A stretch of DNA of 64,000 bases from an uncultured virus (IMG/VR IMGVR_UViG_3300037507_001084) (lineage: Duplodnaviria; Heunggongvirae; Uroviricota; Caudoviricetes). Below are positions 54,855 through 63,944 of the stretch, piece after piece (the first letter of the stretch is position 1; every line of letters starts with the position of its first letter). The translations under genes were made by a program, and so were the position numbers. The stretch lies in IMG/VR virus record IMGVR_UViG_3300037507_001084. One strand, written 5' to 3'. The notes beneath the pieces were generated by a model. That model was not told the DNA's origin and made no database searches. It worked only from the letters and a program-made list of their open reading frames with translations.

Positions 54855-54937
54855 ATTGGTTACTAGTTATTCGCAAACAAATTGAAAAGCAAAGAAAACT
54901 TCAAGAAGCTCAATATCATATGGCAACTCTTGGATAA
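54851..54937 (+). CDS. 28-aa peptide MNWLLVIRKQIEKQRKLQEAQYHMATLG
   Basis: GGAGG SD; ATGA coupling. Confidence 0.6.
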   Translation: MNWLLVIRKQIEKQRKLQEAQYHMATLG

Positions 54938-54942
54938 TTTTA

Positions 54943-54967
54943 AAGGGGGCATATGCCCCCTTTTTTT
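54943..54967 (+). terminator. intrinsic terminator between convergent units
   Basis: GGGGGC-ATAT-GCCCCC followed by T7. Confidence 0.85.
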
Positions 54968-55292
54968 AATCTCTTTGTCTCCAGTCTTCTGGTTTGTCTC
55001 TACCTTCAGAGAAGAAATCAACGATGTCATCTACAGAATCAAATCTTCTGACACCAAATCTTTCGTTACCCAATCCACCGATATCAAGTTGATTTAGAAA
55101 ATCATCCATGTCACCATCTTGCATGTCTGGATTTTCTGCCTTCCGTCTTGCTTGACGAAGCATTGTGCCAGCAGTGCGATTTGCTTTAGCTAGTTTTTCT
55201 GCCCAAATCATATCTTCTAAACCTACCGCTTCGTGTAAGATAATCTTTCTGCAGATTTCTTCTAAGCGTAGACGATATTGTGTAGAGAGCAT
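54966..55292 (-). CDS. conserved cyanophage hypothetical protein
   Basis: MLSTQYRLRLEEIC...DMIWAEKLAKAN...DWRQRD; GGAG SD. Confidence 0.75.
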   Translation of the reverse strand: MLSTQYRLRLEEICRKIILHEAVGLEDMIWAEKLAKANRTAGTMLRQARRKAENPDMQDGDMDDFLNQLDIGGLGNERFGVRRFDSVDDIVDFFSEGRDKPEDWRQRD

Positions 55293-55311
55293 ATGTAGTC
55301 TCCATATAGGG

Positions 55312-55512
55312 TTATTTAGCATTAATCATTGATTCCAAATCATTGATTCTACTGAACTCTTCGTATGCTCGCTCAGACCTTTCGGATAGAATATCAGAAA
55401 TATCATCAAGGATTACATCATTGTCAATGTATTCATCCAGATATTTGTCTAACGCTTCTTTTAGATAGCGTTTACGGTGCCACTCGGGTGAATATGGTTT
55501 GTAGTGTGTCAT
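55312..55512 (-). CDS. hypothetical protein
   Basis: YKPYSPEWHRKRYLKEA. Confidence 0.65.
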   Translation of the reverse strand: MTHYKPYSPEWHRKRYLKEALDKYLDEYIDNDVILDDISDILSERSERAYEEFSRINDLESMINAK

Positions 55513-55560
55513 GACAAAACAGATATATGTGGCTAATTATAAGATATATATGTAAATTTG

Positions 55561-55650
55561 TCAAGAGGGATATGCGTGAGTCAATCCCCAAACAATAAAA
55601 AGACCAATAGAACCAAACAAACAAATACTACTAAGAATTAAACGAGTCAT
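55561..55650 (-). CDS. 29-aa single-TM peptide
   Basis: MTRLILSSICLFGSIGLFIVWGLTHAYPS; ATGA coupling. Confidence 0.55.
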   Translation of the reverse strand: MTRLILSSICLFGSIGLFIVWGLTHAYPS

Positions 55651-55880
55651 AATTGGTGCTCGACATACTCGTGATACATTTTTTTGATATCTTTATCTAC
55701 ATCAGTTAAACTATTCAAGGGAGCTTTGTATCCTTGACTAATAAGATAATCTATGAACTCATAAACATTTGCTTTGATTGGCAGACCTAATCTAACAAAA
55801 GACGACAAAAGGAAATGTCTTTTTTGCCACTTGTCATTCTTCTCTCTCCAATCATATGGACTAGTGCTTATGTGATTCAT
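55647..55880 (-). CDS. hypothetical protein
   Basis: ORF track; GAGG SD. Confidence 0.6.
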   Translation of the reverse strand: MNHISTSPYDWREKNDKWQKRHFLLSSFVRLGLPIKANVYEFIDYLISQGYKAPLNSLTDVDKDIKKMYHEYVEHQL

Positions 55881-55986
55881 CTTTCATTTCCTCGTTTGCT
55901 AGTTTGAGAATGTAATAGATGATATAAACAGTGCCTGCTAATCCGATACCAAGAATAGTGATAACTCCCCAAGGTAAGTTACTCAT
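55861..55986 (-). CDS. 41-aa single-TM peptide
   Basis: MSNLPWGVITILGIGLAGTVYIIYYILKLA... Confidence 0.6.
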   Translation of the reverse strand: MSNLPWGVITILGIGLAGTVYIIYYILKLANEEMKDESHKH

Positions 55987-56089
55987 GTTCATCCTCGTAA
56001 GTAGATGGTTCTTCAAATAACTCATCCATCTTTTGTTGGTAAACTCTTTCTCTTAGTTCTTGTAAATCTTCTTCCGTTAAAACAATCAT
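55979..56089 (-). CDS. 36-aa acidic peptide
   Basis: MIVLTEEDLQELRERVYQQKMDELFEEPSTYEDEHE. Confidence 0.55.
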   Translation of the reverse strand: MIVLTEEDLQELRERVYQQKMDELFEEPSTYEDEHE

Positions 56090-56265
56090 TTGTCTTTTAA
56101 TAATTCTTCTACTCTTTTACGCATGTTTGTGCTATCTTGCTTGAGATAATCTCTCAAAGAATAACCACGCTGCCCTTTCATAATACATGTTCCTTGATAG
56201 AACATGGTGGCAGCAAACACTAGAAGGGATGCTATTCCTATTATTTCAGGGTAATGTTGAGCCAT
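56086..56265 (-). CDS. 59-aa membrane-anchored peptide
   Basis: MAQHYPEIIGIASLLVFAATMFYQG... Confidence 0.55.
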   Translation of the reverse strand: MAQHYPEIIGIASLLVFAATMFYQGTCIMKGQRGYSLRDYLKQDSTNMRKRVEELLKDK

Positions 56266-56429
56266 GGTAGTAGTGGGGGAATTACTCCAATAAGTCGAAG
56301 CAAACCTTCAGCAAAAAGAGACAAAACAACCCAGCCAACACACATTGAGATAATTGAAGCATTACGATTATGTTGTCGTATTGCATCATCTATCATCTCC
56401 TTCACTTCTTCTTTGGTTACTTGTGTCAT
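56241..56429 (-). CDS. small membrane protein
   Basis: MIDDAIRQHNRNASIISMCVGWVVL...EGLLRL. Confidence 0.65.
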   Translation of the reverse strand: MTQVTKEEVKEMIDDAIRQHNRNASIISMCVGWVVLSLFAEGLLRLIGVIPPLLPWLNITLK

Positions 56430-56529
56430 GAATTTTAGCGATACCAATAATGGGAAACATAACAAGGGCAAAGCATAGGATGCCCAAACTGATAGGGTTA
56501 TTTAAGATTTCAACTATTATGTGAGTCAT
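56386..56529 (-). CDS. 47-aa single-TM peptide
   Basis: MTHIIVEILNNPISLGILCFALVMFPIIGIAKIH... Confidence 0.55.
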   Translation of the reverse strand: MTHIIVEILNNPISLGILCFALVMFPIIGIAKIHDTSNQRRSEGDDR

Positions 56530-56722
56530 TTTTCTTTACATGGATGTAACACTCAAGTGGTTTTTGTGTCTCTGCGTCAAAGTTTTGATCTAAGTAAACA
56601 CAAAGTTTCTCAATGATTTTTAGATATTCATCATGCATCCATTCGCTACCAGTTTCGTGATAGGCATAGTGCTTACATGCTGTGATAATTCGATTGACAT
56701 CTCTGCTTGATAGGTTATACAT
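56510..56722 (-). CDS. hypothetical protein
   Basis: ORF track; TGSEWMHDEY. Confidence 0.6.
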   Translation of the reverse strand: MYNLSSRDVNRIITACKHYAYHETGSEWMHDEYLKIIEKLCVYLDQNFDAETQKPLECYIHVKKNDSHNS

Positions 56723-56921
56723 ATGGTTACTCTCTATACATTATTATGTCGCCATGTTGTCTGTGAAAATCAAGGTGCTTTTTGCCCCAAGGTATCACCC
56801 TCCATTCAGTTTTTCCATTCCAAAGTAAAAGGCAGATGTGAATGTATCTCATACACATGTAGTATAACGAGCTATTTAGATGAGTCAATATACTTATTAA
56901 GATTTGCTGACAAACGGGGGC

Positions 56922-56950
56922 TTGACAGGGGCGCTGGGATGCTATATACT
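56922..56950 (+). promoter_or_regulatory. sigma70 promoter for the hli cluster
   Basis: GGGGGC-TTGACA-17-TATACT. Confidence 0.7.
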
Positions 56951-56977
56951 ATGTAAAGATTTACAACAGAATGTAAC

Positions 56978-57181
56978 ATGACTGTAACAACGAATGATCG
57001 TGGTCAACAGAACATGTGGGCAAAGGAGCCCACTATGGTTTACCAAGAATACAATCGCAAGGGTCTTCTGACTCCTATGCAAACTACGGAGATGTACAAT
57101 GGACGCTGGGCAATGGTCGGTATTATTGCTGGTGCTATTTCTTATGCTCTCACTGGTAAACTCTTCTTCGGAGTCTTCTGA
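56978..57181 (+). CDS. hli: high-light-inducible protein
   Basis: QQNMWAKEP, EMYNGRWAMVG, TGKLFFGVF. Confidence 0.92.
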   Translation: MTVTTNDRGQQNMWAKEPTMVYQEYNRKGLLTPMQTTEMYNGRWAMVGIIAGAISYALTGKLFFGVF

Positions 57182-57267
57182 TGACTGAAGTAATCTTTAC
57201 TTTTACTGCGGTTGCTTTTTTCGTAACCCTGTGCTATGCTGTAGAACAACTCGCTGAAACTTATTAA
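57181..57267 (+). CDS. 28-aa hydrophobic peptide between the hli genes
   Basis: MTEVIFTFTAVAFFVTLCYAVEQLAETY; TGATG coupling. Confidence 0.55.
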   Translation: MTEVIFTFTAVAFFVTLCYAVEQLAETY

Positions 57268-57278
57268 GGAGAACTACT

Positions 57279-57398
57279 ATGAAATTCGGATTCACCCCTG
57301 AGGCAGAGATCCTCAACGCTCGTCTGGCAATGCTCGGTTTCGTCATTGCTGTTGGAACATACGCTACTACTGGTCAGATTATTCCTGGCATTTGGTGA
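57279..57398 (+). CDS. hli: high-light-inducible protein (39 aa; not in the ORF track)
   Basis: AAGGAG SD; AEILNARLAMLGF...TGQIIPGIW. Confidence 0.92.
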   Translation: MKFGFTPEAEILNARLAMLGFVIAVGTYATTGQIIPGIW

Positions 57399-57459
57399 TA
57401 ACTTGACAAAATAAAATATCTTTGATAAGATGTAAGCAATTGCTTACATCTTTTTTTTA

Positions 57460-58065
57460 ATGTCAGACTCATATGTTAATCAAAATTATGTCATAGATGA
57501 GTTGTTTCCTTGTCCAATATTGATAGTTGATGATTGCTGTAATCATCTTTTGGCAGATTTGGAAACATCTTGTAAAAAAGAAGTTGAAGAATATTCATTT
57601 AAAAACAATATTCTCTACGTTGATTCAACTCATACTTCATTTAAAAAATTAAATACATATCCATTTGATTCTTTGGGAGAATATATAAACCATTATTCTT
57701 TAATAATGCTTGGTGCTCAAGGATATAATATCAATGATGATACAAAATTAAGTATTGATATGTGGTGTAATGTATGTGAAAAAGAAAGTTTCCTATTTCC
57801 ACACACACATTCAGGATCTATGTTATCTGGAGTTTTTTATGTAAAAACAAGTCAAGAAGATTCTATAATATTTTACAATACACAAAAATTGATTAGCAAT
57901 ATTTATAAAGCAAATAGTCCCACTAGAATTTCTTGTTCACAGACAACTTATAAATGTTTTCCTGGAACATTATTGATTTGGAATAGTGATTTATTACATG
58001 GAAATCCTAGAAGAGGATCGGAAGAAGAAAAAATCGCAATATCTTTTAATATATCATTCAACTAA
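57460..58065 (+). CDS. 2OG-Fe(II) oxygenase-like protein
   Basis: LFPCP, WCN, HTHSGSMLSGVFYV, LLH, IAISFN. Confidence 0.8.
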   Translation: MSDSYVNQNYVIDELFPCPILIVDDCCNHLLADLETSCKKEVEEYSFKNNILYVDSTHTSFKKLNTYPFDSLGEYINHYSLIMLGAQGYNINDDTKLSIDMWCNVCEKESFLFPHTHSGSMLSGVFYVKTSQEDSIIFYNTQKLISNIYKANSPTRISCSQTTYKCFPGTLLIWNSDLLHGNPRRGSEEEKIAISFNISFN

Positions 58066-58068
58066 TTA

Positions 58069-60339
58069 TTATTTTGATTGATAAATTATTCTTCGTGGAA
58101 ATGTCAACCCAGATGAAGGTCTTGGTGTTGCCGTAGCATCTGGAGTAACGTAACCTGTAGTTTTTCTTAGTGTTTTTGGGAATAAAACATATGGTTGAGT
58201 TCTAGCATCAACCGCAGTGTAAGATCTATCAATCTGAGAATATCTTAGGGTGATAGTTCCTGTCATGATAGAAGAGTTTTGTGAAATATAATAATAAGTT
58301 CCAGGAGCAACGTTAGTGGTGTCCCAAATGATACTGCCTGATGTTGCTCCATTATTTGTAATGCCAGTTGTCACTACGTTACCAGTTCCAATAATTTGTA
58401 ATGTTTTAATCCAAAATGGTTGACCAGGAGTGTTTACCGAAAACTCCATGATCTCACCAACTCTCACATCAAAGTTTTGATTGGATCCATTTCTCCCAAA
58501 CAATCTATCTGCGTTTGATGTAAATTCATACGAAGTTGACCCTGTATTTGTAACATAATGTTTGTGATAGAAACCAGGAAACGTTCTTGAATAATTATAA
58601 TTTGGTCCTGTATAACCATAGTATCTTAATAAATTTAGAAAGTCTGATTGTTTAAATCTTGGATATCTTTCTGCCAGACAAGCAATCATACCAGCTACTT
58701 GTGGTGATGCCATGCTTGTCCCACTCAACACATTCAAAGAGAACGAATTGTTTCTTGGATCTTTCAGTGTTTGTGATGTGTATACTGAAGACAGAATATT
58801 TGTTCCTGCTGCCCACACATCACATGTGTTGCCATGGGATGAAGAGTTTGCTTTGAATTCTACCCACACTTGTTCGGAATCTGGTGATGTTGTGCTCATT
58901 TTTAGGGCAGCAACTGAATCTATATTTCCTACGGTTATTCCTGCTGGAACAGCAGCGGGATCTGTTCCTCTCTTATAAAAATCTATAAATCCAGTATAGA
59001 CTTGGGTGCTGTTTTGACTTTGGTAATTATAAACTAACGAATTATTATAATCTGGGTGCGTAGAACTCACACTGGTATCACCGTAATTTCCAGCAGCGGA
59101 TACAAAAACAATACCATTTGATATCGCATCTTCAATATCTGCTTGATGCGATATTCCACCTCTAATTGGCAACCAAACACACCATTGTGATGATTGTGTT
59201 GGGTAGTTATTATATATGAAGGTGGTATATAATCCTCCCCAAAGACCATACGTTCCTCTTAGGATATTTAAATCTGATTGAGTATTTGTAAAAGAAACGT
59301 TTATATTTGATCCTCTATATCTAACTTGCGTTATTTGAGTGATGGGAAGTAGTGTAACATAACCATAACTGTGGTTGGTTATGGTTGGATTTCTTCTTCC
59401 AGTTGCTGGATTAATTGGTTTGTTTAAATGAAATGCTCTTAGCAGATCATACATTAATGATGGAGGAACCTTTGTTGTGCTGTAAGCGTACAGATTATAA
59501 ATGTTTGCTTTTCTTGCCCACCCCAATCTATTGCCAACACAAGTTCCAGCTACGTGTGTTCCGTGATCTCCATAGTCTCCATAATTATATGTTGTTGGAA
59601 CGGATGCGTCTACTACATCGTTATCAATATTCTGAACAGCATTTCTGTATAAACTCCACCAGTTAATTTGATTAACTCTACTGCCACCAGTGCCATCAGA
59701 ATTTACTGCGAACTCAGGATGATTGATAGGAATTTCATCATCAACAATAACCACGTCAACGTTCTCTCCATTGAAAGGTATCGTTGTTGAAGCTGTTGCG
59801 TTTCCAGTTCTATCACTACCCCAAGTAGAATACCTTGCTTCGCCTAAACTATTTAAAAAATCAGTTCCTGCGTCATCTAAATCCAAAACTGCTCCTGGAT
59901 TTGAGTGTGCTAATAACCCCCAGTTCAAATCAGTGTTTGAAAACCCAGCAGACTTTCTTGCGAACACTCCATTGTTTATGAATGTTGATCCAAGGGGAAC
60001 TGCTACAACTCCCTTTTCTTCCATCGTAAGATCCACATCCCATACCCTGGGATCTTCTTTTAATTTTTCTGCTTCTTCTTTAGTCAGTAGATAGTGTGTA
60101 TTTCTACTCAAGGGTCTTTTGTTTGTTCTTTCTACTGATCTATCAGGAACATAATCGTTGCCAGTAGCATCTCTCATCTCATCATAAAAGTTATCTAAGT
60201 CATCAAAGTTGTGTAGAGTTACAACATATTCTCTTAACGCATCACTATCATCTTGTTCTTTTGTGTGACAAGAAATAGTATTTGTGTTTAAATTTGACTC
60301 TCGTGACCCTCTTTCTAAGAGAATATCTTCTAAGTTCAT
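58069..60339 (-). CDS. subtilisin-like S8 serine protease, probably virion-associated
   Basis: Triad VVIVDD / DHGTHVAG / SGTSMASP; AAGN oxyanion motif. Confidence 0.88.
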   Translation of the reverse strand: MNLEDILLERGSRESNLNTNTISCHTKEQDDSDALREYVVTLHNFDDLDNFYDEMRDATGNDYVPDRSVERTNKRPLSRNTHYLLTKEEAEKLKEDPRVWDVDLTMEEKGVVAVPLGSTFINNGVFARKSAGFSNTDLNWGLLAHSNPGAVLDLDDAGTDFLNSLGEARYSTWGSDRTGNATASTTIPFNGENVDVVIVDDEIPINHPEFAVNSDGTGGSRVNQINWWSLYRNAVQNIDNDVVDASVPTTYNYGDYGDHGTHVAGTCVGNRLGWARKANIYNLYAYSTTKVPPSLMYDLLRAFHLNKPINPATGRRNPTITNHSYGYVTLLPITQITQVRYRGSNINVSFTNTQSDLNILRGTYGLWGGLYTTFIYNNYPTQSSQWCVWLPIRGGISHQADIEDAISNGIVFVSAAGNYGDTSVSSTHPDYNNSLVYNYQSQNSTQVYTGFIDFYKRGTDPAAVPAGITVGNIDSVAALKMSTTSPDSEQVWVEFKANSSSHGNTCDVWAAGTNILSSVYTSQTLKDPRNNSFSLNVLSGTSMASPQVAGMIACLAERYPRFKQSDFLNLLRYYGYTGPNYNYSRTFPGFYHKHYVTNTGSTSYEFTSNADRLFGRNGSNQNFDVRVGEIMEFSVNTPGQPFWIKTLQIIGTGNVVTTGITNNGATSGSIIWDTTNVAPGTYYYISQNSSIMTGTITLRYSQIDRSYTAVDARTQPYVLFPKTLRKTTGYVTPDATATPRPSSGLTFPRRIIYQSK

Positions 60340-60340
60340 A

Positions 60341-62458
60341 TTAGGTTTCTAATTGTAGAACTGTTAACGTTACTGTAATTGCTGTGGTTGAACCACTTTT
60401 ATTGACAACTTTAGCGTAGATATTCGTGGATGGTATTGTGTCATTATTCCACCCAATTGTGCCAGGAGTTATGATTGTTGTTTGAGCTGCCGTGTGAATA
60501 ACTTCAGCGATTACACCTGCTCCTGGTGCTGGATCTGTATTTTCTGAACGTGAAGCATCGGATAATCTACTGCCAGTATCGGAATATAATGTTACCCATG
60601 CTGCTTCTGAAGTTTGAATCTTCAGTAAAGCATAAGACTTAAATCCGACAATTGTAATGTTTTCAGATGCTCCGTTTACTATTGAAGAAGTGCTGGCAAA
60701 TACTGTTGATCTTCCGCCAGCAGAATCAGCTGGAGACCAGTTAGTTCCATTCCATTTTAGTGTTTGTCCAACTTGTGGTGTGCCAATTTGTACATCACTC
60801 AGAGCGTCAATTGATAATGAACCAATACCAGTCAGATAACTACTTAAGTTGGGTGGTGTAAAGGTAAATACACCATTTGTACTGTTGTATGATAAACTGC
60901 CGCCACCAGAAGCAGTTGCAGTTGATACAGATACTCCATCTCTTCCAATAAAGTTATCGGTGACGTTTACCCAGCGAATTCCATTGTAACGAATGGTTTG
61001 ATTAGATATTGGTGATGTTATTGTTACATCTGTTAGAGCACTGAGGGCAGTAACTAATGTTGGTCTATTTGTCAGATCATTATAAGAACCAGTGATAGCA
61101 ACAGTTGATAGTGTTGGTCTATTCAATAAGTCGTTATATGAACCAGTTGCTGATACAGTGGATAGTGTTGGGCGATTTGCTAAATCAAAATAATCTCCTG
61201 TTGTGGCAACGGTTGATAGTGATGGTCTGTTTAAGATTCTCGACACACCAGTATTAGCATTCCAATCAGAAGGAACTTGTGCTGCTGGGATAACTGGTTG
61301 ATCTACAAGGTCATTGTATGATGCTGAGATAGCAACGGATGCTAGGCTTGGTCTGTTTGCCAAATCAGCGTATTCACCGCTGGTTGCTACGGTTGCTAAA
61401 CTTGGTCTATTCGTTAAATCATTGTATGAACCAGATGTTGCTACAGTAGCAAGAGTTGGTTTATTTAAGATGCGTGTAACACCTGTCGTTGCTGACCAAT
61501 CAGATGGAACTTGTGCTGCTGGAATTGTTGGTGTATTTGAGAGATCATTGTATGAACCAGATGTTGCTACAGCAGATAGTGTGGGTTTGTTTAAAATTTG
61601 AGCAACACCAGTTGTAGCATTCCAATCAGCATTTGTTTCACTTGTCAAATAAACAGAAAGATTTGGTGGGGTGAACGTGAATGTGCCATTATTATTATCA
61701 TATGACAATGAACCACCACCAACCGCTGCGTTTGTAGTTACCGAAAGGTCTGTTAGTGTGATACCACCACCACCTCCACCACCAGTTAAATCAGCTGCTG
61801 GTGCCCATACAGTACCATTCCATTTTAGAACTTGACCAACTGAAGGTGTGCCATCCACATCAGCGAGATCATTGATGAGAGATGGAATGAAAGGTTTGAA
61901 TGTCAGGTCATTGTAAGAACTAGATGTCGCTACTGTAGCAAGTGCTGGTCTGTTTGATAAATCATTATACGATAAGCTTGCGTTTACAAACTGTGTGCCA
62001 TTGTAACGTAGAGTTTGACCAGTGATTACACCACCGATTTGAACATCAGTTAGACTATCTAAGTTTGTTACATTACTTCCGCCACCACCAATTACGGTGA
62101 GAGTTCCATCAGGTGCTATACTTAGCGTTGAACCATCTGGTTTTACTGCTCCAGCGATTGTTGTTGTTGCTGTTGGAACAGAAAAATTTAGTTTTCCATT
62201 TGCGTCATCATAAGTTACTGATATATTAGTTTCTGTGTTTACAGAAACCATGTCACCAATAATATCTTGGACTTGTTCCGTTGATAATGGTGCCTGCCAT
62301 GATACAGTTGAACCAGTTGAAGTTAGAACATAACCAGCCAATCCTGTACTGGTTCCATCAAAAATTCCAGTTTGTGCGAGATTTAAACTATCACCTGTTT
62401 TAACTTCTTCTAATTGTCTTGTAACAGCGTTGGCAATTAATGGGTATCTATTTGCCAT
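60341..62458 (-). CDS. tail-fibre-like repeat protein
   Basis: MANRYPL start; ~17-aa L.TVATSGSYNDL.NRP repeats; L..L.DV...GQ.L.WNG..W repeats. Confidence 0.75.
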   Translation of the reverse strand: MANRYPLIANAVTRQLEEVKTGDSLNLAQTGIFDGTSTGLAGYVLTSTGSTVSWQAPLSTEQVQDIIGDMVSVNTETNISVTYDDANGKLNFSVPTATTTIAGAVKPDGSTLSIAPDGTLTVIGGGGSNVTNLDSLTDVQIGGVITGQTLRYNGTQFVNASLSYNDLSNRPALATVATSSSYNDLTFKPFIPSLINDLADVDGTPSVGQVLKWNGTVWAPAADLTGGGGGGGITLTDLSVTTNAAVGGGSLSYDNNNGTFTFTPPNLSVYLTSETNADWNATTGVAQILNKPTLSAVATSGSYNDLSNTPTIPAAQVPSDWSATTGVTRILNKPTLATVATSGSYNDLTNRPSLATVATSGEYADLANRPSLASVAISASYNDLVDQPVIPAAQVPSDWNANTGVSRILNRPSLSTVATTGDYFDLANRPTLSTVSATGSYNDLLNRPTLSTVAITGSYNDLTNRPTLVTALSALTDVTITSPISNQTIRYNGIRWVNVTDNFIGRDGVSVSTATASGGGSLSYNSTNGVFTFTPPNLSSYLTGIGSLSIDALSDVQIGTPQVGQTLKWNGTNWSPADSAGGRSTVFASTSSIVNGASENITIVGFKSYALLKIQTSEAAWVTLYSDTGSRLSDASRSENTDPAPGAGVIAEVIHTAAQTTIITPGTIGWNNDTIPSTNIYAKVVNKSGSTTAITVTLTVLQLET

Positions 62459-62517
62459 TCGTAACCTACAATGAGTGCCCTATTTAGTTATATTTATAAA
62501 TGGTGGGACTGGGGGGC

Positions 62518-62551
62518 TTGACAGGGGCGGGGAACCGTGCTACTATAAATA
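62518..62551 (+). promoter_or_regulatory. overlapping sigma70 and late promoters for psbA
   Basis: TTGACA-17-TACTAT overlapping TATAAATA; divergent TATAAATA on the minus strand at 62491-62498. Confidence 0.65.
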
Positions 62552-62612
62552 AATGTTAAGAAATGGAAACATTTCTTCACAATACTTACCCTCAACTACT
62601 CGGAGTATTTCA

Positions 62613-63695
62613 ATGACTGCAACTATCGCACAACGTCGCGGTGGTGAAAACATTTGGGAAAGCTTCTGCGAGTGGGTTACCTCTACCAACAATCGTCTTT
62701 ATGTTGGTTGGTTTGGAACTCTTATGATTCCTACCCTCCTTGCAGCAACCATCTGCTTCATCGTCGCTTTCATCGCCGCACCCCCCGTGGATATTGACGG
62801 CATCCGTGAGCCTGTCGCTGGTTCACTAATGTATGGAAACAACATCATCTCTGGTGCTGTTGTTCCTTCAAGCAACGCTATTGGTCTTCACTTTTATCCC
62901 ATCTGGAATGCCATGTCGCTCGATGAGTGGCTATATAATGGTGGTCCTTATCAACTGGTGGTCTTCCACTTTCTTATCGGTGTCTTCTCTTACATGGGTC
63001 GTGAATGGGAACTTTCTTACCGACTTGGTATGCGTCCTTGGATTTGTGTTGCCTACAGCGCACCCGTTGCTGCTGCTACTGCAGTTTTCCTCGTCTATCC
63101 CTTTGGACAAGGTTCCTTCTCTGATGGTATGCCGCTCGGCATTAGCGGAACATTTAACTACATGCTTGTTTTTCAGGCGGAGCATAACATCCTCATGCAC
63201 CCCTTCCATATGCTTGGGGTGGCTGGTGTATTTGGTGGTTCTCTTTTCTCTGCTATGCATGGATCTTTGGTCACTAGTTCCCTCGTCCGCGAAACAACTG
63301 AAACTGAATCTCAGAACTACGGATACAAGTTCGGACAAGAAGAAGAGACCTACAACATTGTAGCTGCTCACGGTTATTTTGGTCGCCTTATTTTCCAATA
63401 CGCTTCCTTCAATAACTCTCGTAGTCTTCACTTCTTCCTTGCTGCCTGGCCTGTAGTTGGCATCTGGTTTGCTGCTCTTGGTGTTAGTACCATGGCATTC
63501 AACCTCAACGGATTCAACTTTAATCAGTCGCTGCTTGATAACAACGGTCGCGTGATCAACACCTGGGCAGACATCCTTAACCGTGCTAATCTCGGTTTTG
63601 AAGTGATGCACGAGCGTAACGCTCACAACTTCCCTCTTGACCTTGCTGCTGCTGATATGACACCTGTTGCTCTTACAGCACCTGCTATCGGTTGA
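62613..63695 (+). CDS. psbA: photosystem II D1 protein
   Basis: [24 protein letters not shown]; 360 aa; no intron. Confidence 0.99.
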   Translation: MTATIAQRRGGENIWESFCEWVTSTNNRLYVGWFGTLMIPTLLAATICFIVAFIAAPPVDIDGIREPVAGSLMYGNNIISGAVVPSSNAIGLHFYPIWNAMSLDEWLYNGGPYQLVVFHFLIGVFSYMGREWELSYRLGMRPWICVAYSAPVAAATAVFLVYPFGQGSFSDGMPLGISGTFNYMLVFQAEHNILMHPFHMLGVAGVFGGSLFSAMHGSLVTSSLVRETTETESQNYGYKFGQEEETYNIVAAHGYFGRLIFQYASFNNSRSLHFFLAAWPVVGIWFAALGVSTMAFNLNGFNFNQSLLDNNGRVINTWADILNRANLGFEVMHERNAHNFPLDLAAADMTPVALTAPAIG

Positions 63696-63713
63696 TTGTT
63701 TTCAATACATCAC

Positions 63714-63739
63714 AGACCTCCTTCGGGGGGTCTTTTTTT
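63714..63739 (+). terminator. intrinsic terminator after psbA
   Basis: GACCTCC-TTCG-GGGGGTC followed by a T-run. Confidence 0.88.
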
Positions 63740-63780
63740 GTCTAGAAACTAACCTACATAGAGAGGTATGTCATACAAAA

Positions 63781-63942
63781 ATGAAAACCTTAACACTCAC
63801 AGAAAAAGAAATAAAACTTTTAGCAGATGCTGTGTGGATGAGACAAAGATGTTTTATTGCTGGTGACAGAAGATTTAAAGAATATGGAAAAATGTTAGAC
63901 CAGTTACTTGAAGATATGAATTATACTCCAACAAGATTTTGA
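63781..63942 (+). CDS. hypothetical protein
   Basis: LLADAVWMRQRCFIAGDRRFKEY. Confidence 0.6.
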   Translation: MKTLTLTEKEIKLLADAVWMRQRCFIAGDRRFKEYGKMLDQLLEDMNYTPTRF

Positions 63943-63944
63943 TT

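Noticed and set aside
55561..55650. PetN-like identity for the 29-aa peptide
   Set aside because: Only SI...VWG is shared; the WGRNG signature is absent.
56952..56978. RpaB/HLR1-like TTACA half-sites near the hli start
   Set aside because: Orientation and spacing do not form the direct-repeat consensus.
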